Shown here in pieces: positions 18,389 to 28,852 of a stretch of DNA of 64,000 nt. The first letter of the stretch is position 1; every line of letters starts with the position of its first letter. This stretch comes from Candidatus Iainarchaeum sp. (lineage in GTDB: Archaea; Iainarchaeota; Iainarchaeia; Iainarchaeales; JAFCCJ01): contig JBDRHK010000015.1 in the NCBI GenBank assembly GCA_043816965.1, positions 3,548 through 67,547 on the forward strand, read 5' to 3'. Below the pieces are notes generated by a model. That model was not told the origin of the DNA. It saw nothing but the letters and a program-made list of their open reading frames with translations, and did no database searches. Position numbers and translations under genes: made by a program.

Positions 18389-18484
18389 GAAAATTATTTT
18401 ATCCGCCTCACTTTGGAGAAGCCCCCTAAAATAATTAACAATGCTGGCTGCATCATAATGCGAAAATTTTTCAAAGAATCTTTT

Positions 18485-18811
18485 TCAGTTCAAGCTCAGA
18501 TTTTCGGCCTCTAAACGCGCCATTAGTTCTCCTTCGTGCGCCCGATTTCTTCGCACGTTTCTATTAAATGCTTCAGTTTCAAGCTCCTCGAGCCTTTTGT
18601 TGAACAATCGTTCTCTGGAATTTATTAATCTTTTTACTAGGGCATGAAATTGCTTTTTCGGCATTGAATTTTTTCCTTTGAGAAGCCTTTCATCGGCGCG
18701 CATCATGGACAGGACTTGCTCACGCAATCTCCCCCGTTTTAAAGAGTTTTTTCTGGCCAGCACTTTTTGCAAAGGCACACTTTTTCTGGCCAGCACTTTT
18801 TTCAAATCCAC
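18485..18811 (-). CDS. Hypothetical highly basic coiled-coil protein with an 11-codon internal duplication
   Basis: KKVLARKSVPLQKVLARKNSL. The DNA repeat tttttctggccagcactttt occurs at ~18747-18768 and 18781-18803. Confidence 0.4.
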   Translation of the reverse strand: MDLKKVLARKSVPLQKVLARKNSLKRGRLREQVLSMMRADERLLKGKNSMPKKQFHALVKRLINSRERLFNKRLEELETEAFNRNVRRNRAHEGELMARLEAENLSLN

Positions 18812-18813
18812 AC

Positions 18814-19776
18814 CTACTTCTCAGGCTTCATAAACTGCGCCAGCAGCGCCTCTAATTGAATCCTCTCGTTCGCCCCTTCAACCAACCTAAAATTATACTC
18901 CCCAATTGTATCAATCAGGTCAATTTTCCTCTTGTCATCAATAACCGATTTATCAAGGTTTACAAGTTCGCGGTACATCTGAACAATTATGTCCTCCCCA
19001 CTCAGCCCATACTCGTAGAGCAATTTATCCAGCTTGTCCCTTGCCTCCATGAATTTCTTCCCGAGCGCAAGTTCGATTAATTCCTTAACCTCTTCAGGCC
19101 TTGCGCGTGAGGAAACACTGTAAACAATTTTCTCAGAAATATCCTTGTCAAGTGTTGAAGCTGCCTGCAGTATATTCACGGCCTTCCTCATGTCCCCCTC
19201 TGAAACATAATTGATGGCAACCAATGCATCATTTGCAATTTTAATTCCCTCAATTTTCGCTATCTTTTCCAGTCTTGCATCAACATCTTTAGATGAAAGC
19301 GGCCTGAACCTGAAAATCACGCACCTGGACTGAATAGGGTCAATTATTTTGCTGGAGTAATTCACATTCAGTATAAACCTGCAGGTTTTTGTGTATTTTT
19401 CCATAGTCCTTCTCATGGCCTGCTGGGCCTCAGGAGTTAAAGCATCTGCCTCATCAAGGAAAATAATCTTGAATTTAGTGTTAAATGCAAGGGTCCTTGC
19501 AAAATCCTTGATATTTTTCCTTACAATCCCTATTCCCCTGTCGTCAGAGGCATTCAATTCAAGGAAATTCTGCCCAAAATGCTCGCCAAAAAGTTCATTA
19601 GCAAGCGCAACAGCTGCAGATGTCTTTCCCACCCCTGCAGGGCCTGAAAACATCATGTTCGGGACATTGCTGTTGGAAACATATCTGCTAAGCCTTTTAG
19701 TAATTTCTTCCTGGCCGATTACCTCATCCAAATTCTTTGGCCTGTATTTTTCAACCCAAGGCAGCTCTAAATCCAT
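18814..19776 (-). CDS. rfcS: Replication factor C small subunit
   Basis: [26 protein letters not shown] (Walker A), FLDEADALT (Walker B), SRC motif (IQSRC), 320 aa. Confidence 0.9.
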   Translation of the reverse strand: MDLELPWVEKYRPKNLDEVIGQEEITKRLSRYVSNSNVPNMMFSGPAGVGKTSAAVALANELFGEHFGQNFLELNASDDRGIGIVRKNIKDFARTLAFNTKFKIIFLDEADALTPEAQQAMRRTMEKYTKTCRFILNVNYSSKIIDPIQSRCVIFRFRPLSSKDVDARLEKIAKIEGIKIANDALVAINYVSEGDMRKAVNILQAASTLDKDISEKIVYSVSSRARPEEVKELIELALGKKFMEARDKLDKLLYEYGLSGEDIIVQMYRELVNLDKSVIDDKRKIDLIDTIGEYNFRLVEGANERIQLEALLAQFMKPEK

Positions 19777-19847
19777 CTTCCCACCGAAAAAATCATTCCA
19801 TCAAAACAGTTTTAAAGTAATAGATGTTATATTTTAGTGGTGTTGCA

Positions 19848-20204
19848 ATGGCCGAAATTAATACCGAAAAACCGGAAAAAGGGATTCAGATAGTTTCCCT
19901 TGAAAATGTGCCTGGCTACAGGACAGTGGAGATAAAGGGCCTGGTTTGGGCAAGCAGTGTAAGGGCCAAATTTATTCTCAGTGACATAATTGCGATGGTA
20001 AGGATTTTTCTTGGCGGGGAAATTCACGAGTACAGGGACCTCATGAATGAGACAAGGCACGAAATCCTCCAGAGGCTGAACAAAAGCACAAAAGAACTGG
20101 GGGCAAATGCAGTCCTTAATGTGAGGATGGTTTCCTCACAGATAGTTCCCGGAACAATTGAAATCCTCGCCTATGGAACCGCGGCAATAATTGAAAAAGA
20201 GTGA
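19848..20204 (+). CDS. YbjQ/UPF0145 family protein
   Basis: GYRTVEIKGLVWASSVRAKF...GGEIHEY...GANAVLNVRM...ILAYGTAAI is typical of the DUF74/UPF0145 fold. ATG at 19848 follows a TATA-like box. Confidence 0.75.
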   Translation: MAEINTEKPEKGIQIVSLENVPGYRTVEIKGLVWASSVRAKFILSDIIAMVRIFLGGEIHEYRDLMNETRHEILQRLNKSTKELGANAVLNVRMVSSQIVPGTIEILAYGTAAIIEKE

Positions 20205-20737
20205 TTTTATTGGAATTTAACCGCCCACTTAAACTGTTAGCGCTTTTTGCAGTAAGTTACATACTGCTCTATTTCCTGCCGGCCTTGACCCAAATGATCG
20301 GAATTTTCCCCATGCATCCCTGGGGAGATTTAAGTGTCGGGCTTGGAAATCTGGATTACATGTTTTTCCTTATCCCAATTCCGGGGTTCTTCCTGATTTA
20401 CCTCCTTATTGGCTGGATGGATGAATACTTCAATACTGAATTTGGCCATTCGCTATGGTTTCCGATAGTGTTTTTCCTGATGGCAGTACTTGCATTCTAT
20501 GTTGCAATCTTCTGGCAGAACTGCAATTTGCTAACTCTTTCCCCGAGTGTAGGCGGGGAGGTGATACCCTTTACCGGTTGCAGTTCTGAAGCTGCCGGAA
20601 AGCTGCTCCCTGCACTGACTGCGCAATTTGCCGAAAACCTTAAGGAATCAGCATTCCTCATATTTGTCCTTGCCGGAATTCTTGGCTGGGCGTCAAAAAT
20701 GGTACTTGAGAAAATTGAGGAAGAGCCAGAGGATTAA
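20201..20737 (+). CDS. Hypothetical membrane protein
   Basis: Four or five hydrophobic helices and an acidic C-terminus. Confidence 0.4.
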   Translation: MILLEFNRPLKLLALFAVSYILLYFLPALTQMIGIFPMHPWGDLSVGLGNLDYMFFLIPIPGFFLIYLLIGWMDEYFNTEFGHSLWFPIVFFLMAVLAFYVAIFWQNCNLLTLSPSVGGEVIPFTGCSSEAAGKLLPALTAQFAENLKESAFLIFVLAGILGWASKMVLEKIEEEPED

Positions 20738-20775
20738 TTTATAACCCTCATGCAGCCAGATTTTTTGGGTAAAAT

Positions 20776-22020
20776 ATGAAATTCCATGTAGAGGGCTATG
20801 GCTGCTCACTTAACAGGTCTGATACCGAAAAGATACGCCATTTCCTGTCCAAGCACAACTGCACAATTTACCCACTTGATAAGGCTGAAACAATAATAAT
20901 CAACACCTGTGCGGTGAAGGAACCTACCGAATTCAAGATGCTGAACCGCATAAGGGAACTGAAGAAAATAAGCGATTCAAATAATGCCGAACTTATTGTG
21001 TTTGGCTGCCTTGCAGGAATGAATGCCGCAAAGGTGATGGAAATATCGAAGGATATTATCCTAATTCCCCCAAGCCTGGAAGAGCTCGCCAGGCATTTAG
21101 GCATTGAAGAAACTGAATTCTCGCCTGCAATTGAAAGCATAAGGGAGAATGAATTTGTTGCAATAATCCCCATCTCAAGAGGCTGCAGAAACAACTGCAG
21201 CTACTGCGGCGTAAAACAGGTCAGGGGAGAACTAAAAAGTTACGGGATAAAAGAACTTAAGGAGAATTTCACAAAGGAAATTGCAAGGCCTTGCGAGGTC
21301 TGGCTTACCGCGCAGGACACCGCAGACTATGGCTTTGATTTGGGAAATTCCCTTCCTGAATTGCTGGGGCAATTGCTGGAGATTGAGGGAAACTATATGA
21401 TAAGGATTGGGATGATGAATCCCAAAAATTTGATGCGGATTAAGGACGAGCTGATTCCGCTGATGCAGGATGAAAGGGTTTACAAATTCCTCCATATTCC
21501 TGTGCAGTCAGGCTCTGACAGGATTCTGAAAGCAATGAAAAGGAATTACATTGCCGCAGAATTCCTTTCCCTGGCAAAAGAACTCAAGGAAAAAATCCCC
21601 GGGCTGAATATTTCGACAGATGTAATCGTTGGCTTTCCCGGGGAAAGCAAAGATGATTTCAAAAAATCCGTCGAATTGCTGAAAGAGTTAAAGCCAGGGG
21701 TTGTCAACATTTCCCGATATGGGGACAGGCCAAATACTGCTGCGGAAAAGATGGATGGAAAGATACATGGAAGGGATAAGAAGGCAAGGAGCAGGGAACT
21801 TTCCTCCCTTTGCAGGGAGATTTTTCTTGGCGAAAATAAGGCGATGGAGGGAAAAACCCTTAAAATTTTTGTTTCAGAGAAGGGCCCAAAGGGCGGTTTT
21901 GTGGGCAGAAACCTTTCCTACAAGCCGGTTGTAATAGGGAAGGATTTGATGGGTAAAATGGCAAAAGTGAAGATTTTAAGGGCCCATCCATTTTATCTGG
22001 AAGCAATGGCTGAGCTATAA
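20776..22020 (+). CDS. Radical-SAM methylthiotransferase, MiaB/CDKAL1-like (archaeal type)
   Basis: UPF0004 N-domain (GYGCSLNRSD...NTCAV), radical-SAM CRNNCSYCGV and a C-terminal TRAM-like region. Confidence 0.85.
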   Translation: MKFHVEGYGCSLNRSDTEKIRHFLSKHNCTIYPLDKAETIIINTCAVKEPTEFKMLNRIRELKKISDSNNAELIVFGCLAGMNAAKVMEISKDIILIPPSLEELARHLGIEETEFSPAIESIRENEFVAIIPISRGCRNNCSYCGVKQVRGELKSYGIKELKENFTKEIARPCEVWLTAQDTADYGFDLGNSLPELLGQLLEIEGNYMIRIGMMNPKNLMRIKDELIPLMQDERVYKFLHIPVQSGSDRILKAMKRNYIAAEFLSLAKELKEKIPGLNISTDVIVGFPGESKDDFKKSVELLKELKPGVVNISRYGDRPNTAAEKMDGKIHGRDKKARSRELSSLCREIFLGENKAMEGKTLKIFVSEKGPKGGFVGRNLSYKPVVIGKDLMGKMAKVKILRAHPFYLEAMAEL

Positions 22021-22055
22021 ATATTTAATCACTTCCCAATTCAATAATTCAGTGG

Positions 22056-22829
22056 TTGGGAATGGTTTTTAGGGAATCTTTGAAGCAATATGTGCAGAAC
22101 TACAAGACTGCTTTGGGCTTTGCCCTCCTGCTTGTTTTTGTGCTTTTCTTTGTCCTATCCCAGAATTTCTTTGTTTCATCAGGGTCAATCTTCGCCGATT
22201 TCAACATTATCAAGAGCGGAGCAATCGATGCAGTGCTTGCCCTGCTTGCCATTGCGGTCTTTGAGTTTTTCTATGCGATACTTATTACCCTTGTTGTTTT
22301 TGCGGTCAGGAATAACATGAGCAAAGTGAGGGTACAGTATTATCTTTCTGAGAAAATACAGAAATTCTCCTTCAAACTGTTTATTTTCTTCTTTGCATTT
22401 ACCCTTGCGGCCCTTGCCCTCCAGTCATTTCTCCCCCTAGTGGGAATACCCATCGCGGCCGTTAATCTGCTTTTACTTATTGCATCACTTCTATTAATCT
22501 TCTTCCCTCAGGCAGTGGTCATTGACGAATCAGGAATAAGAAGCTCAATAATTGCAAGTGCGGAATTTCTCATGTCCCACCTTAAGGAATCTGCCCAAAT
22601 AATTATTGCCGGGGCGCTAATGCTCATTGCATTGGGGATTTTTGAGTTTGCCCTTGACCAGTTTTTTTTTGCGGGAAATTTCATCACACCCCTGATTTCA
22701 CTGGTGTTCATAATCCCCTTCCTGGAAATAGTAAAATCGGTTATTTACCTGCACAAATTTGAGTTGGTTAAATCCGTTAACAGGGAAATAAAACCAAAAG
22801 CGGCACCGGCATCAGTCAATGCCAACTAG
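22056..22829 (+). CDS. Hypothetical polytopic membrane protein
   Basis: Six or more hydrophobic helices and no motif. Confidence 0.4.
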   Translation: MGMVFRESLKQYVQNYKTALGFALLLVFVLFFVLSQNFFVSSGSIFADFNIIKSGAIDAVLALLAIAVFEFFYAILITLVVFAVRNNMSKVRVQYYLSEKIQKFSFKLFIFFFAFTLAALALQSFLPLVGIPIAAVNLLLLIASLLLIFFPQAVVIDESGIRSSIIASAEFLMSHLKESAQIIIAGALMLIALGIFEFALDQFFFAGNFITPLISLVFIIPFLEIVKSVIYLHKFELVKSVNREIKPKAAPASVNAN

Positions 22830-24413
22830 GTCTGTTCCACTGTCGATAATTTTTCCGGCATCTTTCAAATTTCCGGCCCTGGCCAGGCTGAAACATCCCC
22901 CACAATCTCCACAGCCCCATCTCTCTGATTCCATCCCGGTTTTTTTAAGGGCTTCCCCGTTAACTTTCCCAAATCTTCTAATGCCCCCAACATCGCCGAA
23001 CATGTTGGTATGCATGCCGTTTTTAGAATGCACTAAATCAACAAGCTTCTGGCGCAGTTCCCTGCAGGATGTTTTCTTTTCCGAAAACTTTTTCAGCGCA
23101 AATTCCATGCCATAAAACCCAACAAATGAAACAAGCTCCTTTGCTTCAATTCCTGCTGAAGGAAGGTAATCCCTCCTGGCGAGATTTTCCTCCTTAATCT
23201 TAACAAGCCCGCCAATTCCCTCAATCACTTTGGCGGCATTTTGCAGGAATTCCGGTTTATCCTGTGAATTTTCCGCAATCTTAATCAGATTGACCCCACA
23301 ATTAAGCAGCACCCCTGAAGCATTCTCCAGAACAAAGCCATTGCAGTTTCTTGTCCGGTCCTTTTTCGCATTCAGAAGGCTTACTCCTGATAATTTGATG
23401 TCCCCATCAATCAGCTTGGTTTTGAATTTACTGTCGACAGAAAGGCATGCCTGGAGAAATGGATTTTTATTCGCACGCAAAAATTCATTTGCAAAGAAAA
23501 ACGCATCCTCTCTTGAGGAATTAAAGTCCAGGAGATGGTCGGGAATAAATAGGCCAAGATTGATGGTTGCGGGGGAATTTCCCGAATAGGAGGAGTCCAG
23601 CAATTTGGAGAAAAGCCTGACAATCCTTTCCTTATTTTTCCTGCTTTTTCCGGAAAGGAATTTTGATAAATATATATTTGGGGATGCGATAGACGGCGCG
23701 AATGAAAGCACCGGTTCAAGCTTATTGATTTTCGCATTCAGCCCTATAAGCATTTCCTCAAAGCCATCCTCATTTTCAGGCTCAATGCAATATGCCAAAG
23801 GCCTTGTTGAAAAATCAGCCACATTTGAGATATGGATTACTGACTCAAAGTGCAGGGCCCTCATATCTTCAGGAATCACCTCAAGAAAATTGTACTCCCT
23901 CAGTATTTCCCTCTCGTTTGTGAGCTTGCCAATCCTGTTTTTCACATCATGCACTGGCAGGCCAAGGCGGGTATACTGCCTGTGCGCAATCTCATGCCCA
24001 TACTCCAGAAGCTTAACATCAGCCATCTCCCTTATGAGTGAGGTGGTAATAAAGCCAATGCTTAGGTCCTTTATTTTGTCCTCAACCTCAGAACTTATTT
24101 TCTCAGCAACAGTTCTTGAAAGGCTTGTTTCCCGAAGAAGGGATTTGGTTATGTTTCCCCTGTCAAATGCCTCCTTACTCTCCCCTGAAGTGTAAACCTG
24201 GAGCCGTTCAAAAGAGCTATAGACCTTTGCAGCTTCAGGATTCAGTTCCCACAATATCTCGAGAGCCAGTTTCCTGAGTTCTTTCTCCCCGCCCCCAATG
24301 CCTGAAATCTCCTTGATAACCTTCATTGCCTCGAATTTAGTTGCACCAGCCTCCCGGCATTCATTGGCAATCTTACCTATAGTTTCCTTTACTGGCTTTG
24401 ATTTTACTTTCAT
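22812..24413 (-). CDS. ATP-cone domain protein with large uncharacterised C-terminal region
   Basis: The ATP-cone pattern spans LQVYTSGESKEAFDRGNITKSLLRETSLSRTVAEKISSEVEDKI...SLIREMADVKLLEYGHEIAHRQY. The C-terminus has CGDCGGC but no glycyl-radical RVxGY motif. Confidence 0.45.
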   Translation of the reverse strand: MKVKSKPVKETIGKIANECREAGATKFEAMKVIKEISGIGGGEKELRKLALEILWELNPEAAKVYSSFERLQVYTSGESKEAFDRGNITKSLLRETSLSRTVAEKISSEVEDKIKDLSIGFITTSLIREMADVKLLEYGHEIAHRQYTRLGLPVHDVKNRIGKLTNEREILREYNFLEVIPEDMRALHFESVIHISNVADFSTRPLAYCIEPENEDGFEEMLIGLNAKINKLEPVLSFAPSIASPNIYLSKFLSGKSRKNKERIVRLFSKLLDSSYSGNSPATINLGLFIPDHLLDFNSSREDAFFFANEFLRANKNPFLQACLSVDSKFKTKLIDGDIKLSGVSLLNAKKDRTRNCNGFVLENASGVLLNCGVNLIKIAENSQDKPEFLQNAAKVIEGIGGLVKIKEENLARRDYLPSAGIEAKELVSFVGFYGMEFALKKFSEKKTSCRELRQKLVDLVHSKNGMHTNMFGDVGGIRRFGKVNGEALKKTGMESERWGCGDCGGCFSLARAGNLKDAGKIIDSGTDLVGID

Positions 24414-24427
24414 TTATTTAACTGTAT

Positions 24428-24997
24428 TTGCAACAATTCTTAACTATTGCCAGGCAAAAGTGGATTTTCTTTGAAAAGCAAACTTTTTATTTGTTTTCGC
24501 TTAGAATTACTAATGGTGCTAATTTGGAAATAACCCTTGATAAGACCGACCATAAGATTATTCAGTGCCTTCTTGAGGATGGGCGCATGAGTTTCAGCAG
24601 CATAGCAAAAGACGTCCAGCTTACCGATGTTGCAATAAAGAAAAGGGTTGAAAGGCTTAAGAGAAAGGGCGTGATAAATTCAATAACTGCCGATTTGAAC
24701 CTCAAGGTTTTGGGCTATGAAAATCCGATTTTTGTGCAAATCCGCTCCGAAATGGGCAAGACAAAAAATTTGGTTAAGAGGCTTTCTGATTTTGATTATG
24801 TGATAGAACTCTACCAAATTCTGGGCGAGTATAATCTCCTTGCGAAGTTAGTGCTTCCGGACATTGATTCTGCCGAGAAATTCATTAACCAGCTTGGGGT
24901 TTTGGATGGGATTCTTGACATAAAAACCCAGATGATTCTTAGCGAACTGAAGAAAAGCAATTCTCTCCCCATATTCTCCTTCCAGAAAAAACTTTGA
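24428..24997 (+). CDS. Lrp/AsnC family transcriptional regulator
   Basis: LDKTDHKIIQCLLEDGRMSFSSIAKDVQLTDVAIKKRVERLKRKGVI (HTH_AsnC) plus a RAM-like C-domain. The true start is probably downstream (in-frame TTG at 24524, about 30 nt after TATA-like ctttttatt). Confidence 0.8.
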   Translation: MQQFLTIARQKWIFFEKQTFYLFSLRITNGANLEITLDKTDHKIIQCLLEDGRMSFSSIAKDVQLTDVAIKKRVERLKRKGVINSITADLNLKVLGYENPIFVQIRSEMGKTKNLVKRLSDFDYVIELYQILGEYNLLAKLVLPDIDSAEKFINQLGVLDGILDIKTQMILSELKKSNSLPIFSFQKKL

Positions 24998-25092
24998 TTT
25001 CAATTACGCTTATGGCGCCCTGTATTTTTATGCTTTTTGATGTAAGAAAATCTAATGTTGATTTGTTGATGGGTTTTTGTTGGTGAGCTGAC

Positions 25093-27234
25093 TTGAGAAT
25101 AATAATCGCAGAAAAGGCAATAGCAGGAAGGAGAATTGCGTCAATTCTGGCGGGAAAAGATGTCCCATCCACCATGCTGGGCAATGCACAGGTTTTCAGT
25201 TTTGGGTCTGGTGAGGGCAAAAATATGGTAATTCCCCTGCGCGGCCATATATCTGATGTTGAATTCCCAAAGCAGTACAGCTACTGGTTAGGCACTGATT
25301 TGAAAAAACTGGTTGATGCAGATATAGAGTACATTGGCAAGGAAGTGGCAATAATTTCGGCGCTCAAAGCGGCGGCCAAGGATGCAGACAGTGTTGTAAT
25401 CGCTACTGATGCCGATAGGGAAGGGGAAGCTATTGGTGTTGAGGCACTGAATTATATGAAAGAGACAAATCCGAAAATCAAGGTTGAGAGGGCATATTTT
25501 TCTGCAATAACCCCTAAAGACATTGAAGTTGCGTTTTCCAAATTTTCAAAGGTTGATTATAATTATGCAGATTCCGCAGATTCAAGGAGGGAAATTGACC
25601 TCATCTGGGGTGCTGTTCTAACAAGGTTCCTTTCGCTCATTTCAGGGAGGTTAGGGAAAGAATTCCTTTCGGCAGGAAGGGTTCAGACACCGACACTTGC
25701 AATAATAGTTGACAGGGAGAATGAAAGAAGGGCATTCAAATCAAAAAAATACTGGGATCTGAATGCGGAGTTTGAAAAGGATTCCAAAAAATTCGAGGCC
25801 CAGCATAAGGAAGGGAAGTTTTGGGATAAGGAAAAGGCTGAAAAGGCATTTGAGAAAGGCGGGAAGAAAGGAAAGGTCATAAATGCCATAAAGAAGAAAA
25901 GGATACTGCAAAGGCCAATCCCCTTTAACACAACAGGCTTTCTTCGTGCGGCAACGGCTATCGGCTACACCGCAGGAGAGGCAATGAGTATAGCGGAATC
26001 CCTGTACCAGTCAGGCTATACCTCATATCCAAGAACAGACAACAGCGTCTATTCCCCCACGCTAGACCTGAGAGAAATACTCAATGAACTTTCCAAAATT
26101 CCTGAATTTTCACTGATGACTGGGAAACTCCTCGCAATGCCAAAGTTTGACCCATCAAAAGGAAAGGAATCCAAGGATCATCCACCCATACACCCGGTTA
26201 CCGCCGCACCAAAAGCAAAGATCAGTGAAAAGCAGTGGAAAATCTATGAGCTCATATGCAGGAGGTTTTTCGCTACCTTATGGGAGGAGGCTATAACAAA
26301 CAATGTTACTGTTGAAATTGACCTGAATTCAGAGATTTACCTTGCCCATGGCCAGGTGCTGGAGAAAGCCGGCTGGAAAGAATTTTATCCCTACTCCACC
26401 TTGAAAGAGGTTCATCTCCCTGAGATGGAGAAGGGCGATGAAGTTGACCTTGTAAAACTTTCAATGGATGGGAAGGAAACCCAGCCGCCAAACCGCTACA
26501 GCCAGGCAACGCTCATAAAGTTGATGGAGGATAATGGCTTGGGGACTAAATCAACGCGGCATACAATAATCCAGAAGCTTTTTGTGAGGCATTACATCTC
26601 CGGCCTTAAGGCAATTGAGCCAAATGAAATTGCCTTCTCAGTGATAGGGGCGCTGGAGAAGTATTCTGAGGATCTTGCAAAACCAGAGATGACAGCCAAA
26701 CTCGAAAAGGAAATGGATGAAATTTCTGCCGGAAAGAAAACCAGAAAAGAAGTTGTTACAGATTCAAGGGAAATGCTGAAAAGGATGCTCCTTGAGCTCC
26801 TGGAAAATAAGGACAAAATAGGGGCTGATTTAAGGAAGGCCCTTCAGGCAGATTCAATTCTGGCTAAGTGTGATGTGTGTGAAGGGGATTTGAGAAAGAT
26901 AAAGAGCAGAAACAACAAGTGGTTTTTGGGCTGTACCAATTACCCAAAATGCACAAACACATATCCCCTTCCCCAAAAAGGAAGAATCATTACTGCGACT
27001 GAACTCTGCAAGACCTGCGGCAAAGGGGCAATAAAGGTTTTTGGAAAACGCTATCGCTATGAAATGTGCATTGACCCAAATTGCGCAAGCAAAAAGGACT
27101 GGGCAAAAAAGAAGGAAGAGAAGGAACAAAAAGAGAAAGAAAAGAAAGATGCAGAGGAAAGTGCCGCAAAGGAAACCAAGAAATCAGCTGCAAAAGAAAA
27201 GAAGCCCAAGAAAGCTGCAGCGAAGAAAGATTAA
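25093..27234 (+). CDS. topA: DNA topoisomerase I (type IA) with C-terminal zinc ribbons and a Lys-rich tail
   Basis: TOPRIM MRIIIAEK...DADREGE, active-site SYPRTDN, Cys4 fingers CDVCEG...CTNYPKC and CKTCG...CIDPNC. TTG start. Confidence 0.9.
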   Translation: MRIIIAEKAIAGRRIASILAGKDVPSTMLGNAQVFSFGSGEGKNMVIPLRGHISDVEFPKQYSYWLGTDLKKLVDADIEYIGKEVAIISALKAAAKDADSVVIATDADREGEAIGVEALNYMKETNPKIKVERAYFSAITPKDIEVAFSKFSKVDYNYADSADSRREIDLIWGAVLTRFLSLISGRLGKEFLSAGRVQTPTLAIIVDRENERRAFKSKKYWDLNAEFEKDSKKFEAQHKEGKFWDKEKAEKAFEKGGKKGKVINAIKKKRILQRPIPFNTTGFLRAATAIGYTAGEAMSIAESLYQSGYTSYPRTDNSVYSPTLDLREILNELSKIPEFSLMTGKLLAMPKFDPSKGKESKDHPPIHPVTAAPKAKISEKQWKIYELICRRFFATLWEEAITNNVTVEIDLNSEIYLAHGQVLEKAGWKEFYPYSTLKEVHLPEMEKGDEVDLVKLSMDGKETQPPNRYSQATLIKLMEDNGLGTKSTRHTIIQKLFVRHYISGLKAIEPNEIAFSVIGALEKYSEDLAKPEMTAKLEKEMDEISAGKKTRKEVVTDSREMLKRMLLELLENKDKIGADLRKALQADSILAKCDVCEGDLRKIKSRNNKWFLGCTNYPKCTNTYPLPQKGRIITATELCKTCGKGAIKVFGKRYRYEMCIDPNCASKKDWAKKKEEKEQKEKEKKDAEESAAKETKKSAAKEKKPKKAAAKKD

Positions 27235-27240
27235 AAGTTA

Positions 27241-27320
27241 GGGAACGGGGTTCAAAATAAACCAATTAGCTTGGTGAGCCTAACCCCGTCCCTTGGTTTT
27301 TATTTTTTTGATTTTTTTTA
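27241..27320 (+). terminator. Hairpin plus oligo-T tract downstream of topA
   Basis: gggaacggggtt (27241-27252) pairs with aaccccgtccc (27282-27292, one bulge), followed by ttggtttttatttttttgatttttttta. Confidence 0.45.
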
Positions 27321-27400
27321 CTTTTTAGGATTGGATCCCCCCAATTTCTTGTACGATATAATTACTGCTTATCCACCTTAAAAGTATTTAGTAGTTTTAG

Positions 27401-28006
27401 TTGTACAAAAAAGTACATTTAATTGCCTTTCGTTATACAATATGTTATAATTTACAGGTGGTAATTATAGCATCCAATAAACAAATAGATGACGAGATAA
27501 GGCTGAATATCCTTAATGCCCTGCTAGGGAAGGGGACAGTGCAGCCAAACATAAGGCGGCTGCAAAAAATCACCGGCTACCACAAAGCAACGATAAAGGC
27601 AAGCCTTGATTTTCTGGAAAAAGAAGGGGTTCTTGAAGGCTATGGCCCAAAGGTTGGCTTTAAAAAATTCGGCTACAACCTTGAGGCAAAGGTAATGCTG
27701 CAGATTGACAGTTCAGAAAAGGACATATTCAAAAAATTCCTGAAGCAGGCAGAGGGTGATCCCCACCTCTACAGGATGACGGCAATAATTGGGTCAGGCA
27801 ACCTGAACATTATGACCAACCACATCTATCCTGATGTGGAATCCTACCACAAAAATGTTCAGGAAAGATATTATGAGTCCATTCCTGGAATTTACAAGCT
27901 GATAAAGGATCGGCAAATATTTTATGCCACCGAACCTTATTACAAAAACGTTTCAAGGACAAGTTCAGTGATAGAGCTTATAAGGAAGGAAAAGGGATTC
28001 ACGTGA
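27401..28006 (+). CDS. Winged-helix transcriptional regulator with Lrp-like C-terminal domain
   Basis: LNILNALLGKGTVQPNIRRLQKITGYHKATIKASLDFLEKEGVLEGY. The start is likely GTG 27458. The stop overlaps the next gene start (GTGA). Confidence 0.5.
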   Translation: MYKKVHLIAFRYTICYNLQVVIIASNKQIDDEIRLNILNALLGKGTVQPNIRRLQKITGYHKATIKASLDFLEKEGVLEGYGPKVGFKKFGYNLEAKVMLQIDSSEKDIFKKFLKQAEGDPHLYRMTAIIGSGNLNIMTNHIYPDVESYHKNVQERYYESIPGIYKLIKDRQIFYATEPYYKNVSRTSSVIELIRKEKGFT

Positions 28007-28809
28007 AGGTAATAATAAACCTGAAAAAATCCCTGCAGGAGAATGCCAGCCTCTATTTTGATGCCGGGAAGAAATCCAAAAGAAAGCTAATTGGTTTGGA
28101 AAAGGCCCTGCTTAGTTCTGAGAAAAGGAAAAGTGAGCTGGAAGAGAAGGCAGCAAGGCTTGGGGATGCAAAGGCAATAATGAAAAGGAAGAAGAATTGG
28201 TTTGAAAAATTCCACTGGTGCAATTCAAGCGATGGTTTCCTCATCATTGGGGGGAGGGATGCAAAGAGCAATGAGATTGTGGTAAAGAGGCATATGGAAA
28301 AAGATGACCTTTACTTCCATGCGGAAATCCAGGGAGCCCCTCATGTAATAGTTAAGGCAGATGGGAAAAAGGTAAGTGAGGCGACAAAAAAAGAGGCCGC
28401 AGAATTTGCCGCCGCCTTCTCAAAGGCATGGAGGGAAAAAATACCCGCAATTGATGTTTATTCTGTTTCCCCGGAACAGGTCAGCAAAAACGCCCCAAGC
28501 GGCGAGGCATTGGGCACAGGGGCATTCATGATTTATGGGGAAAGGGAGTATTTCAAGAAAACAGCGCTTGCCTTTGCAACTGGCCTAATTGAGGAAGAAG
28601 GTTCATTTATCGTAATTTCCGGGCCTGAATCTGCGGTGAAAAAGCAGACAAAACACTTTCTAAGGCTTAAACAAGGCCCTTTGGAGAAAGGGGCTGCGGC
28701 AAAGAAAATTAAGCAGATTCTTGAGAGGAAGATTGGAGGGAAAAATCCGGTTGATTTGGATGAGATTAATTCCATGCTCCCGAATGGCGGAATTGAAATC
28801 AGGGAATAG
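28003..28809 (+). CDS. NFACT-R (DUF814) domain protein, short CCDC25-like form of the Rqc2/NEMF family
   Basis: A coiled-coil N-part, then [54 protein letters not shown], the hallmark DUF814 core. Confidence 0.75.
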   Translation: MKVIINLKKSLQENASLYFDAGKKSKRKLIGLEKALLSSEKRKSELEEKAARLGDAKAIMKRKKNWFEKFHWCNSSDGFLIIGGRDAKSNEIVVKRHMEKDDLYFHAEIQGAPHVIVKADGKKVSEATKKEAAEFAAAFSKAWREKIPAIDVYSVSPEQVSKNAPSGEALGTGAFMIYGEREYFKKTALAFATGLIEEEGSFIVISGPESAVKKQTKHFLRLKQGPLEKGAAAKKIKQILERKIGGKNPVDLDEINSMLPNGGIEIRE

Positions 28810-28852
28810 ATATATAAGTATATTTCGGCTAATTGGATTTAGAGGGAGTTCA

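Noticed and set aside
27100-27234. Lys/Glu-rich repeat at the topA 3' end as a possible tandem repeat element
   Set aside because: This is a low-complexity basic tail in frame with topA. No regular DNA repeat unit is present.
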